A stretch of DNA of 64,000 bases. Origin: Acidimicrobiia bacterium (lineage in GTDB: Bacteria; Actinomycetota; Acidimicrobiia; Spongiisociales; Spongiisociaceae). Shown here piece after piece: positions 19,216-28,513 of this stretch. The notes under the pieces are model-generated. The model saw only the letters and a list, made by a program, of their open reading frames with translations, did not search any database and was not told the origin of the DNA. The position numbers and the translations under genes were made by a program. The DNA is taken from assembly GCA_965231815.1 (NCBI GenBank), contig OZ246890.1:1799469-1863468 (forward strand), read 5' to 3'. Each line of letters begins with the position of its first letter. The first letter of the stretch is position 1.

Positions 19216-20157
19216 TTGATGAACCGGGTGGTTACCGCCCTTCGCGCCGGGATACGATCATCAACCACCGGGCTGTTCAGCCATGTCCCCTATCCGTTGC
19301 AAAATACCTTGGAGTACCAGGGAGATCACGGGGTGTGCGGTCCAGATTCGGCGTCGTGGCCGATCATCGGTGATGTTGCTGCGTTCATCGGCGGGATCCG
19401 TGCCTTGCTCGTGCAAAGCGCCCATCCTGAAGTGGTAGCCGGAGTCGCGGATCATTCCAACTATCGAGTGGATCCGTTAGGTCGTCTGTCCCGGACGGCG
19501 GCGTACGTCACCGCCACCACCTTCGGCGCCCTGCCTGAAGTGTGTGAGGCTATCGATCGGGTCAAGGTCGCGCACGCCGGCGTGGCGGGCAGGTCACATC
19601 GTGGGCGACCGTACGCGGCGTCCGTTCCCGCCCTCTCCGCCTGGGTTCACAACGTGCTTACGGATTCGTTCCTGGCGGCGTACCAGGCCTACGGCCCTCA
19701 ACCCCTCGCGACGGGCCAGGCAGACCGCTTCGTTCGTGAACAGGCCGTGATCGGTAGAATGCTCGATTCCCTTCCCGTTCCGGAGGATGCTCCCTCATTG
19801 AGTGCATGGGTGGAGGACCATCCCGACCTAGGCTCATCGCCGGGGATGGCGGCAACCGTGGAGTTCTTGAGGAATCCTCCGCTCGATCCGGTCCAGAAGG
19901 TGGGATACCGACTTCTCTATACGGGAGCGGTCGCGATACTCCCGGACCGGATCCGGCGAATCCTCGGACGGAAAGATCTTCCCGGATCCGCAACCGCCGC
20001 CCTGGTCACGGTCAGGTTCCTGAGATGGGCGATGGGTTCATCTCCGTCATGGAGGCTGGCGCTCATCAGAACGGGAAGAGAGGTTCCACCGGGCCTGTTC
20101 CGCAGGTCGGTTCCTCCGGCGATCGGTCGGGATGCCCGATTTCAGGGAGTTCCATGA
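19216..20157 (+). CDS. MpaB/DUF2236-family oxygenase-like protein
   Basis: Pattern resembles DUF2236 (IGDVAAFIGGIRALLVQSAHPEV). Confidence 0.6.
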   Translation: MMNRVVTALRAGIRSSTTGLFSHVPYPLQNTLEYQGDHGVCGPDSASWPIIGDVAAFIGGIRALLVQSAHPEVVAGVADHSNYRVDPLGRLSRTAAYVTATTFGALPEVCEAIDRVKVAHAGVAGRSHRGRPYAASVPALSAWVHNVLTDSFLAAYQAYGPQPLATGQADRFVREQAVIGRMLDSLPVPEDAPSLSAWVEDHPDLGSSPGMAATVEFLRNPPLDPVQKVGYRLLYTGAVAILPDRIRRILGRKDLPGSATAALVTVRFLRWAMGSSPSWRLALIRTGREVPPGLFRRSVPPAIGRDARFQGVP

Positions 20158-20249
20158 CGCGACCTCGACTTCGGGGGATTCACCCATCGCAGGGGCCGGT
20201 GATCTCAACCTACTTTCGGGCTCGATCCCGGCGATGGTACAGTTGAGTC

Positions 20250-20570
20250 ATGTCACGCGCGATCCGATCCCGGGAACACAACGCCGTGCTCATGCGGTGG
20301 CTGTTTGCCGTCCTCCTATTGATGTGGTTGGGCGCCTTGTCGGTTGCCCCTGCTTTCGGCCAGGAGGAGGAACCGGTCCCGCAACCGGTTGCCGAGGTTC
20401 CTGAGCCGGCAGTACCGGCGCCGGCGGAGCCCCCTGCCCAGCCTGATCCGGAATGGTCCTATAGATTCCTTGTCCCGGCCACGATGGTTCTCGGCGCGGG
20501 GGCTGTTGTGGGCGCCATAATCATGTACTTCGTGAGGGTCACCAAGAACCGTTACCGCGTTATCAGGTGA
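20250..20570 (+). CDS. Small secreted/membrane-anchored Pro-rich protein
   Basis: Signal-peptide-like LFAVLLLMWLGALSVAPAFG, Pro/Glu/Val-rich spacer, C-terminal TM. Confidence 0.35.
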   Translation: MSRAIRSREHNAVLMRWLFAVLLLMWLGALSVAPAFGQEEEPVPQPVAEVPEPAVPAPAEPPAQPDPEWSYRFLVPATMVLGAGAVVGAIIMYFVRVTKNRYRVIR

Positions 20571-20622
20571 GCCCGGACGGCGTACTCCGCTGCGCCTTGA
20601 TCAGACCGAACGGGTCCGAGCC

Positions 20623-21660
20623 ATGATCGAGGGCCGGTACCTGGAGCAGGCGATACGCACCGCCGGATGGCTGGTCGGTTCATACCCGCTCGCCGATGGC
20701 TACCACCGTCGGGTCATCGAGCAGGACGCTCCGACCATGCTGAGACGAGCTATCGGCATGGTGGAGGAGGAGACGGGCCTCACGGGGGTGGTCGAACCGA
20801 GAGTGGCGGTTATCGACCGGCTTCGATGGGTGGAGCGAAACCTGGCTTCCTTTGCCGTGCTCCTAGCGCCGACCGAGGCCGGGGTGGAAAAGAAACTGAT
20901 CGAGTCGGGGATGGGTGACCGGATATCCAAACGTATCGTGGCCTTGGAGTTCGGTGTGTTGCTAGGACTACTTTCTCACCGGGTACTCGGGCAGTACGAG
21001 CTGATGATCGTCTCCCCGGAAGCCGGCGATGAGGTCTGCTTACCGGCGCCCAACATTCTGGAGTTTGAACGCAGATTCCAGCTTCGGCCCAGCGAGTTCC
21101 GGTTCTGGGTCATCCTGCACGAGGCCACCCATCTGCTCCAGTTCGTGGGCGTACCCTGGCTGAGGTCCTACTTCCTCGAGCTCGCTTCTTCCCTGGTGTC
21201 CTCGGCCGAACCCGACGAATCGCGCATGTCGGTATTGCTCGGGCGCTTGCAGGAGTCCGGTCTCGGAGGAGTGCTCTCGCTTGACGAGAGCGGGCTTCCG
21301 GGTCTCATGGCAACTCCGGCCGAGTTGGATCGCTTGGACAGGGTACAGGCTCTCATGTCCTTGCTCGAGGGTCACGGGCACGTTGTGATGGACCGGATAG
21401 CATCCCGTCATCTTGTGTCTTGGCGCAGGATGTCCGCGTTGGTGATGCAGCGCAGGAATAGTCCGAGGGTGGCCGCTCTGCTGCGGCTAACCGGTCTTGA
21501 GATGAAGGTACGGCAATACGAAGAGGGACGGAGCTTCATTCTCGAGGTCGAGAAACGAGCCGGCTGGTCGGCGGTGAATCTGGCGTGGCAATCACCGGAG
21601 ACCCTTCCCACCAGGTCCGAGATACGAGCCCCCGAGTCTTGGTTGGCTCGCGTAGGCTGA
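20623..21660 (+). CDS. Zincin-like metallopeptidase-family protein (HEATH motif), conserved actinobacterial neighbour of tilS
   Basis: WVILHEATHLLQF zinc-binding motif. Confidence 0.6.
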   Translation: MIEGRYLEQAIRTAGWLVGSYPLADGYHRRVIEQDAPTMLRRAIGMVEEETGLTGVVEPRVAVIDRLRWVERNLASFAVLLAPTEAGVEKKLIESGMGDRISKRIVALEFGVLLGLLSHRVLGQYELMIVSPEAGDEVCLPAPNILEFERRFQLRPSEFRFWVILHEATHLLQFVGVPWLRSYFLELASSLVSSAEPDESRMSVLLGRLQESGLGGVLSLDESGLPGLMATPAELDRLDRVQALMSLLEGHGHVVMDRIASRHLVSWRRMSALVMQRRNSPRVAALLRLTGLEMKVRQYEEGRSFILEVEKRAGWSAVNLAWQSPETLPTRSEIRAPESWLARVG

Positions 21661-21689
21661 CCCATCTCGGGTCTTCGGTCGCCGAACGG

Positions 21690-22988
21690 GTAGATACCTG
21701 CCTGGGTGACCCGCACCTTCCGGTAATGGTGGCATTGAGCGGGGGCGCCGACAGTGCGGTGCTTGCATGGGCGATCCGGCAAACCGGTCGGCTAACCCGT
21801 GCCCTCCATGTGCATCACGGTTGGTCGGGGTCGGATCAGATGGAATCCGCCGCTCTCGGAGTGGCTTCCGAGCTCGGCCTCGAGGTCCAAACCGTGCGGG
21901 TTGACGCGACCGGTTCCGGTTCACCCGAGGACGAAGCCAGGCGAGTGCGCTACGAAGCCTTGCAAAGGGCGGTCGATGAGGGTGAGTTGATCGCCACGGG
22001 CCACACCCTCACCGACCAGGCCGAAACGGTGCTCGGCAACCTGATCTGGGGTACCGGTCTGGATGGGTTGAGAGGGATCCACCGGCGACGTAACAACCTG
22101 GTGCGTCCTCTCATCGGCGTTAGCAGAGCGGAAACCAGAGAGTTGGGATGCCTGCTGGGCCTTCCGTTCAGCGATGATCCGGCCAACCTCGATCATGCTT
22201 TCCGGCGGGTTCGGATACGGCAGGCGCTCGCGTCCTGGGAGAGGCGACTAACTCCCGGTATCACTGCGAGGCTTGCCGGCATGGCGAGCCTCGTCGAAGG
22301 GGACATCGAGTTGCTGGATCAACTGGCCGGCGAAGTCCGGATCGAACAACAGGCCGGCGCGGTACGCATTCCGGCCTCACTGCTCCGGACCCTCCCGCCT
22401 GCGCTGGCGGCGCGGGTGGTACGGCGGGCGCTCCGGATCCTGACCGCTGGATATCCGGGCTCCGGAAGTGACGTGGGGGCGGTGATGAGGACGGCTCGGG
22501 AGGGAATACCCGGCTGGGTCAGCGGCGCCAATCGGGTCACCCGGTCCGGCTCCTACGTGCAGATCGGCGGATCCCCGGCAGAGGATGACCGAGAGAGGGC
22601 TTGGGACATGACCGGCCCGGTTCGATGGGGAGAATGGACATGGGAGGCCAGGGAGATACCGCACCGTCCCGATGTTTTCCCGCTCTCGTCTTGGCGCCAG
22701 GTCTTCGACGGGAATCTGTTCATCGACGCCCAACCGGTGATCCGAAGAATCCTGCCCGATGACCGCTTGGCCATGAGCAGAGGTCACAAACGAGCCCTGA
22801 AGGCCCTAGCGGAGGTCGGCATACCTGTGGAGGACCGGTCGATCTGGCCCGTCCTGGAGGTGGATGGGCGCGTATTGTGGATTCCCGGAGTGCGAAGAGC
22901 CTACACAGGGTGGGTCACTTCCGATACCATGCGCTATGTTCTCATCTCAGCCATGCGGGAGACAAGGTGGAGGCCGGTCGGGTACTGA
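21690..22988 (+). CDS. tilS: tRNA(Ile)-lysidine synthetase
   Basis: PP-loop VALSGGADSAVLAW; upstream of hpt and ftsH; start approximate. Confidence 0.8.
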   Translation, partial: VDTCLGDPHLPVMVALSGGADSAVLAWAIRQTGRLTRALHVHHGWSGSDQMESAALGVASELGLEVQTVRVDATGSGSPEDEARRVRYEALQRAVDEGELIATGHTLTDQAETVLGNLIWGTGLDGLRGIHRRRNNLVRPLIGVSRAETRELGCLLGLPFSDDPANLDHAFRRVRIRQALASWERRLTPGITARLAGMASLVEGDIELLDQLAGEVRIEQQAGAVRIPASLLRTLPPALAARVVRRALRILTAGYPGSGSDVGAVMRTAREGIPGWVSGANRVTRSGSYVQIGGSPAEDDRERAWDMTGPVRWGEWTWEAREIPHRPDVFPLSSWRQVFDGNLFIDAQPVIRRILPDDRLAMSRGHKRALKALAEVGIPVEDRSIWPVLEVDGRVLWIPGVRRAYTGWVTSDTMRYVLISAMRETRWRPVGY

Positions 22989-23494
22989 TCAGCGAGGAAG
23001 ATATCGCGCAGCGGTTGCGTGGGATGGGTGAACAGATCAGCCGGGACTACGACGGTGAGTCCCTACTCGTGGTCGGTATTCTGAGGGGGGCCTTTATGGT
23101 GATGGCCGACCTTGCTCGACACATACGGGTACCGGCGGAGTTCGACTTCATGGCTGTCTCTTCGTACGGGTCGGCCACCAAGACATCGGGTGTCGTGCGG
23201 ATTCTCAAGGATCTTGATGAGGAGATAGCCGGTCGTCACGTTCTTCTGGTTGAGGACATCGTCGATTCCGGACTTACCCTCCACTACCTTCTCGAGACCC
23301 TTAAACTTCGTAGACCTGCTTCCATCGAGGTGGCGACCCTACTCCTCAAGCGAGACATGCAGCGTGTGTCATTGGATGTTCGATACATCGCCTTCACGAT
23401 CGGCCCCGAATTCGTGGTGGGCTACGGACTTGACTTCGATCAGAAGTATCGCAACCTTCCGTACGTAGGGGTTTTGGACCAGCACTCCGTGTAG
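22967..23494 (+). CDS. hpt: Hypoxanthine-guanine phosphoribosyltransferase
   Basis: PRPP-binding HVLLVEDIVDSGLTL; start approximate (GTG). Confidence 0.85.
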   Translation: MEAGRVLISEEDIAQRLRGMGEQISRDYDGESLLVVGILRGAFMVMADLARHIRVPAEFDFMAVSSYGSATKTSGVVRILKDLDEEIAGRHVLLVEDIVDSGLTLHYLLETLKLRRPASIEVATLLLKRDMQRVSLDVRYIAFTIGPEFVVGYGLDFDQKYRNLPYVGVLDQHSV

Positions 23495-23729
23495 CTAGTC
23501 CTGATGGTTCACGTTTCCGACCAACCGACTTATAGAAAGAGGTCCTTAACTAGCGTTACAATGACGTTCGGCACACTAATCGATACTATTAGTGGGACAA
23601 GTAAGGGTAGGCGACTATTAACCCGGCCAACTCACCGGGTCGTCATGATAGGCTCGACGGGCTCGTAAGATTGTGACTGAAGGACGCCGGTCTTTCTTCT
23701 CGGAGTTTCGCGCGTAACAGGACGAGAGC

Positions 23730-25676
23730 ATGAGGAATAGAACATTGAACAAGACCACCCGTACCATCATCGTCTACGGGCTCGTGGTTATGGCGTTGGT
23801 CCTGATGGGGCAACGTTTCCTGGGCCAGGCCAACGAGGCGGAGGAGATCGATCTGACGGTCTTCGATGAGGTGGTCAGGTCCGGAGCGGTAGCTGAGGTA
23901 TTGATCCTGGACCGATCCAACGTTATCGAGGGCAAGCTGGAACCGGGCGCCTCGTCACCCGGAATACCGGCCGAGTTCCGCGTGCGGTATACCGAGGAAT
24001 ACGAGGGGATCCTCACGGAGTTGTTGCTATCCAGCGAGGTAAAGGTTCTGATCGATCCCGAACCGCCGGGGTTCTGGGACCTGATTCTGGGCCTTCTTCC
24101 CTGGTTGCTGATCTTCGGGTTCATGATCTTCGTCATCCTGCAGATGCAGAGCGGGGGAAGTCGGATCATGCAGTTCGGCAAGGCGAAGGCCAAACAGGTT
24201 TCAAAGGACCAGCCTAAAGTCACTTTCGAGGATGTGGCCGGTCTCGAGGAGGCCATCGAGGAACTGGGGGAAATCAAAGACTTCTTGCAATCGCCCCAGA
24301 AGTTCCGGGCGATGGGGGCCAAAATCCCGAAAGGGGTCTTGCTGTACGGCTCTCCCGGAACCGGCAAGACCCTACTTTCTCGGGCAGTGGCAGGTGAAGC
24401 GGGGGTTCCGTTCTTCTCGATTTCGGGGTCCGACTTCGTAGAGATGTTCGTAGGAGTTGGCGCAAGTCGGGTACGTGATCTGTTCGAGCAGGCCAAGACG
24501 GCGGCGCCGGCCATCATCTTTATCGATGAGATCGACGCGGTGGGTCGGCACCGGGGGGCCGGATTGGGTGGAGGCCACGATGAAAGGGAGCAAACTCTCA
24601 ATCAGCTACTGGTCGAACTGGACGGTTTCGACGTCTCAAGCGGTGTGATCGTCGTTGCCGGCACCAACCGTCCTGACATCCTGGATCCTGCCCTGCTCCG
24701 CCCGGGACGCTTCGACCGCCAGATCGTAGTGGATAGGCCTGATCTCAGGGGTCGCCGAGCGATCCTCGATGTGCACGCCAAGGGAAAACCCATTTCCGAC
24801 GACGTTGACATGGAGGTGATAGCGCGGCAGACCCCCGGATTTACCGGGGCTGATCTCGCCAACCTGATCAACGAAGCAGCCCTCCTCGCCGCCCGACGAG
24901 ACAAGGAGCAAGTGGGGCCGCCGGAACTCGAGGAGGCGATCGAGAGGGTGATCGCCGGGCCCGAACGTAAGAGCCGGGTAATGACGGACAAGGAGAGGAA
25001 GGTCACCGCCTACCACGAGGGAGGACACGCGTTGGTGGGATTCGCTCTGCCGAACGCCGATCCCATCCACAAGGTCACGATTATTCCCCGCGGCCGGGCA
25101 GGCGGTTACACGCTCGCCCTCCCGACGGAGGACCGTAACTACCTGCGAAGGTCCGAACTCACCGACCAACTTGCCATGCTCATGGGTGGCCGAGCCGCCG
25201 AGGAGCTGATCTTTGCGGATCCGACCACCGGTGCTTCCAACGATATCGAAAAGGCCACCGAGCAGGCTCGCCGCATGGTGATGGAGTACGGCATGAGTGA
25301 CCATCTAGGCCCGATGAAGTACGGGAAGAGCCACGGTGAGGTATTCCTCGGGAGGGACTATTCGAGCCAGCAGGACTATTCCGACGAGGTAGCGGCCGCT
25401 ATCGACGATGAAGTGCGCGCCCTTCTCAACCAGGCTCATGAAGAGGCCAAGCGGATCTTGACCACCCACATCGATTCCCTGCATCGGATGGCTGGCCGCC
25501 TGCTTGACGTGGAGACCCTTAAGGCAGAGGAAATCACGGCTGTCCTACACGACGTACCGAAATGGGAGACCGTGGAGGGGGCCGGTCCACGCATCAAGGC
25601 CCCCCAACTAAGCCCTCTAGCCGTTGCCGAGGGAGTTGCCGCGGCGCGAGCTTCCGACTCTTCGCATTCCGGCTAG
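23730..25676 (+). CDS. ftsH: ATP-dependent zinc metalloprotease FtsH
   Basis: Walker [14 protein letters not shown] body, HEGGHAL zinc motif. Confidence 0.95.
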   Translation: MRNRTLNKTTRTIIVYGLVVMALVLMGQRFLGQANEAEEIDLTVFDEVVRSGAVAEVLILDRSNVIEGKLEPGASSPGIPAEFRVRYTEEYEGILTELLLSSEVKVLIDPEPPGFWDLILGLLPWLLIFGFMIFVILQMQSGGSRIMQFGKAKAKQVSKDQPKVTFEDVAGLEEAIEELGEIKDFLQSPQKFRAMGAKIPKGVLLYGSPGTGKTLLSRAVAGEAGVPFFSISGSDFVEMFVGVGASRVRDLFEQAKTAAPAIIFIDEIDAVGRHRGAGLGGGHDEREQTLNQLLVELDGFDVSSGVIVVAGTNRPDILDPALLRPGRFDRQIVVDRPDLRGRRAILDVHAKGKPISDDVDMEVIARQTPGFTGADLANLINEAALLAARRDKEQVGPPELEEAIERVIAGPERKSRVMTDKERKVTAYHEGGHALVGFALPNADPIHKVTIIPRGRAGGYTLALPTEDRNYLRRSELTDQLAMLMGGRAAEELIFADPTTGASNDIEKATEQARRMVMEYGMSDHLGPMKYGKSHGEVFLGRDYSSQQDYSDEVAAAIDDEVRALLNQAHEEAKRILTTHIDSLHRMAGRLLDVETLKAEEITAVLHDVPKWETVEGAGPRIKAPQLSPLAVAEGVAAARASDSSHSG

Positions 25677-25678
25677 CA

Positions 25679-26262
25679 CCTTGCGCGGCTGGGAGATCGA
25701 CCAGCAAGCGATCGCGGATGCCATGCGCCGGATCCTGGAGGCGATCGGTGAAGATCCGGGTAGGGAGGGTCTTGCGGAGACACCGGAACGGGTGGCGCGT
25801 ATGTACGCGGAGATCTTCGCCGGAATGCATCGTGATCCTCAGGAGCACTTGTATCGGGTCTTCGTGGCCGACGAACATCAGGAGATGGTGCTGGTTCGTG
25901 ACGTGGTGTTCTATTCGATGTGTGAACACCACTTCCTACCCTTCCACGGCAGGACTCATGTCGCCTACGTTCCCGATGGTCGAGTTACCGGTCTTTCCAA
26001 GCTGGCCCGTCTGGTAGAGGGCTTTGCCCGTCGACCTCAGATGCAGGAAAGGTTGACCACACAGGTGGCTGATGCCCTGGTGGAGGTGCTGTCACCGCGC
26101 GGGGTCCTGGTAGTTGTGGAAGCGCGCCACCTGTGCATGGAGATGCGCGGGGTCAAGAAACCCGGCGCCATCACCCAGACCTCAGCGGTCCGAGGTCAGT
26201 TCCGCAAGAGTCATGCAACCCGGGCGGAAGCCTTGGCCTTGATAAACCGGGGGTGGGCTTGA
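25679..26262 (+). CDS. folE: GTP cyclohydrolase I
   Basis: [14 protein letters not shown] and [10 protein letters not shown] motifs; TTG start assumed. Confidence 0.9.
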
Positions 26263-26321
26263 GGCGGCCACGCTGGCATATCCGTGGAGCTGTCCTGGAT
26301 CCAAACCGGGAAACAATCATC

Positions 26322-27143
26322 ATGGGGATCGTCAACGCTACCCCTGACTCCTTCTCGGACGGGGGCCGATTCATGGAGGAGGAGGCTGCTGTCGCCCATG
26401 GCATACGGCTCTTCGAGGAGGGCGCTCATATCGTGGACGTTGGAGGGGAATCCACTCGACCAGGTTCCGCGCCGGTTCCCGAGGAGATCGAGTTGCGCCG
26501 GGTGATCGGGGTGGTGGCCCGTCTAGCCCGATCCGGAGTGCCGGTGTCGATCAACACGTCGAAGCCGAAGGTGGCGGCCGAGGCTGTCGAGGTGGGCGCC
26601 GCGGTGGTGAACGATGTCGAGGCGCTCGAACGGGAGGGTATGGTCGAGATATGTGCCTCTACCGGGGTGGGGGTCGTGTTGATGCACATGCAAGGCGCCC
26701 CTCGGACTATGCAGAGCAATCCTCACTACGACGACGTGGTAGCGGAGGTAGGGGATTACCTCGTAAGACGGATTAGAGTTGCGGAGGCTTCCGGCATCGA
26801 CCGCAAATCGTTGGCCATCGATCCCGGCATCGGATTCGGGAAGACGCTCACCCACAACTTGGCCCTCCTCAACGGTCTAAAGACGCTGGCGGCGGGAGGA
26901 GTGCCGGTTCTGGTAGGCGCTTCCCGCAAAGCGTTTCTCGGCGCCTTGACCGGGCGACCGGTGGAAGAGCGAGACGCCGTAACAGCGGTAGCCTCAGGGA
27001 TTTGTGTGATAAACGGAGCGTCGATCGTTAGGGTTCACGATGCTCGACTTACCCGCGACGCGGTTGCGCTCGCGGACGCGATGGAGCGAGCAAGGGAAGG
27101 AGACAATGAAGACCGGAATGAAGACCGGCTTGCAACCGCGTGA
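26322..27143 (+). CDS. folP: Dihydropteroate synthase
   Basis: MGIVNATPDSFSDGG ... DVGGESTRPG. Confidence 0.9.
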   Translation: MGIVNATPDSFSDGGRFMEEEAAVAHGIRLFEEGAHIVDVGGESTRPGSAPVPEEIELRRVIGVVARLARSGVPVSINTSKPKVAAEAVEVGAAVVNDVEALEREGMVEICASTGVGVVLMHMQGAPRTMQSNPHYDDVVAEVGDYLVRRIRVAEASGIDRKSLAIDPGIGFGKTLTHNLALLNGLKTLAAGGVPVLVGASRKAFLGALTGRPVEERDAVTAVASGICVINGASIVRVHDARLTRDAVALADAMERAREGDNEDRNEDRLATA

Positions 27144-27594
27144 CTTCGCCTGGGTGATCAAGGACAGGCTGGCCACCTCGGCGCGTCCGGGTGGGCAGGG
27201 CTTTCGGCACCGACGGGTACGTCGCCAGGAGGAAATCTCCTGGCTCCTCCAGAACGGGTTCACGTCGGTGGTGTCGCTGCTACCCGGCTCCCAGAATGTA
27301 AAGAACTACGAGGATGCCGGGCTTGGTGTATTCCGAGCGCCGGTCGATGCGGACTCCGAGCCGGAAGAGGTCGAACAGTCCTTCCACACGATCAACAATA
27401 TCCTATCCGTACCCAATTCTCGAGTGCTGGTGCATCGAGACTACGTCGACGACACGGTATCCGGTGTTCTGGCTGGTTATCTGGTCTATTCGGGACTCGT
27501 GAAGGATCAGAGGTTGGCGGCAATCGTTGTTCAAGAGATCGTCGGGCGACCTCTCGGACCCAACGCGCGGTCGCTCATACCGGAGCCCGACTAA
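27106..27594 (+). CDS. Dual-specificity-phosphatase-fold protein lacking the CX5R catalytic loop, inside the folate operon
   Basis: Fold-like pattern VLVHRDYVDDTVSGVLAGYL where DSPs have VHCxAGxxRSG; sits between folP and folB. Confidence 0.5.
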   Translation: MKTGMKTGLQPRDFAWVIKDRLATSARPGGQGFRHRRVRRQEEISWLLQNGFTSVVSLLPGSQNVKNYEDAGLGVFRAPVDADSEPEEVEQSFHTINNILSVPNSRVLVHRDYVDDTVSGVLAGYLVYSGLVKDQRLAAIVVQEIVGRPLGPNARSLIPEPD

Positions 27595-27609
27595 ACAGAG
27601 CGCCTTTCC

Positions 27610-27981
27610 ATGGTTGAAGACTCCATCACGCTTCTGGGGCTACGCATCCCGGCTCACCACGGGTTGCTGCCGGAAGAGCGGGTCGAGGGCCAGACCTTTC
27701 TGGTGGATGTGACGGCTTGGCTGGATCTCGCGGAGGCGGGTAAGACCGATGATCTCTCCCACACGCTCGACTACGGATCCTTGGCCGAAGCTATTCACCG
27801 GCGGGTGTCGGGCGAGCGATGGAATCTCATCGAGCGGGTAGCGACGCGGGTGTCTGATCTGGTGCTCGAGGATTGCCGGGTCAGTCGGGTGGAGGTCACG
27901 GTTCACAAACCGGAGGCGCCCATCGCGGTAGGGTTCGAGGACGTGGCGGTGACCATCGTCCGGAGCGCGCCACGAGCCTGA
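27610..27981 (+). CDS. folB: Dihydroneopterin aldolase
   Basis: ITLLGLRIPAHHGLLPEER ... TFLVDV. Confidence 0.85.
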   Translation: MVEDSITLLGLRIPAHHGLLPEERVEGQTFLVDVTAWLDLAEAGKTDDLSHTLDYGSLAEAIHRRVSGERWNLIERVATRVSDLVLEDCRVSRVEVTVHKPEAPIAVGFEDVAVTIVRSAPRA

Positions 27982-27988
27982 GGTCTGC

Positions 27989-28504
27989 GTGGTCCGGGCC
28001 GCTGTGTCGCTGGGTTCCAACATGGGAGACCGCCGCGCCGTCCTGGCTCGGGCGCTCAGCAGCCTTGAAGAGTTGGGCAGGCTGATCTCCGTCTCCGATC
28101 TGTACGAAACCGATCCGGTCGGGCCGATCGATCAGGCGTCCTTTTTAAACGCGGTGGCGGTAATGGAGACCGCTCTAGACGCCGAGACGCTGGTCGAGCG
28201 CCTCTTAGACATCGAGGTGCGGCTGGGCCGAGTCAGGGGTCGCCGCTGGGGGCCGAGGATTATCGATCTGGATCTGATCCTGCATGGCGACACCGTCATC
28301 ACGACGGAGACCGTATCGGTGCCCCATCCCCGCTACCGGGAACGGCGTTTTGTTCTGGAACCGTTGGTAGCGACCTGGCCGGACGCACGCGACCCCGACG
28401 GCACGCCGCTCGCCGATCTGCTGGCCTCGGTAGCCGACCAGAGGGTGGTAGTTCACAAAGGCGACGGTTACCAACTATCCGACTCCACCAAACCTAAGAT
28501 GTAG
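27989..28504 (+). CDS. folK: 2-amino-4-hydroxy-6-hydroxymethyldihydropteridine pyrophosphokinase
   Basis: VSLGSNMGDR ... IIDLDLILHGD ... PHPRYRERRFVLEPL. Confidence 0.85.
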   Translation: MVRAAVSLGSNMGDRRAVLARALSSLEELGRLISVSDLYETDPVGPIDQASFLNAVAVMETALDAETLVERLLDIEVRLGRVRGRRWGPRIIDLDLILHGDTVITTETVSVPHPRYRERRFVLEPLVATWPDARDPDGTPLADLLASVADQRVVVHKGDGYQLSDSTKPKM

Positions 28505-28513
28505 TGTTCAGGG

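Noticed and set aside
24636-25304. Long antisense ORFs inside ftsH (also 1172-1816 inside leuA, 10592-10921 and 11421-12038 inside the helicase gene, 49135-49848 inside the ABC ATPase gene)
   Set aside because: Typical stop-poor antisense frames of a high-GC genome. Each is fully embedded in a strongly supported gene on the other strand.
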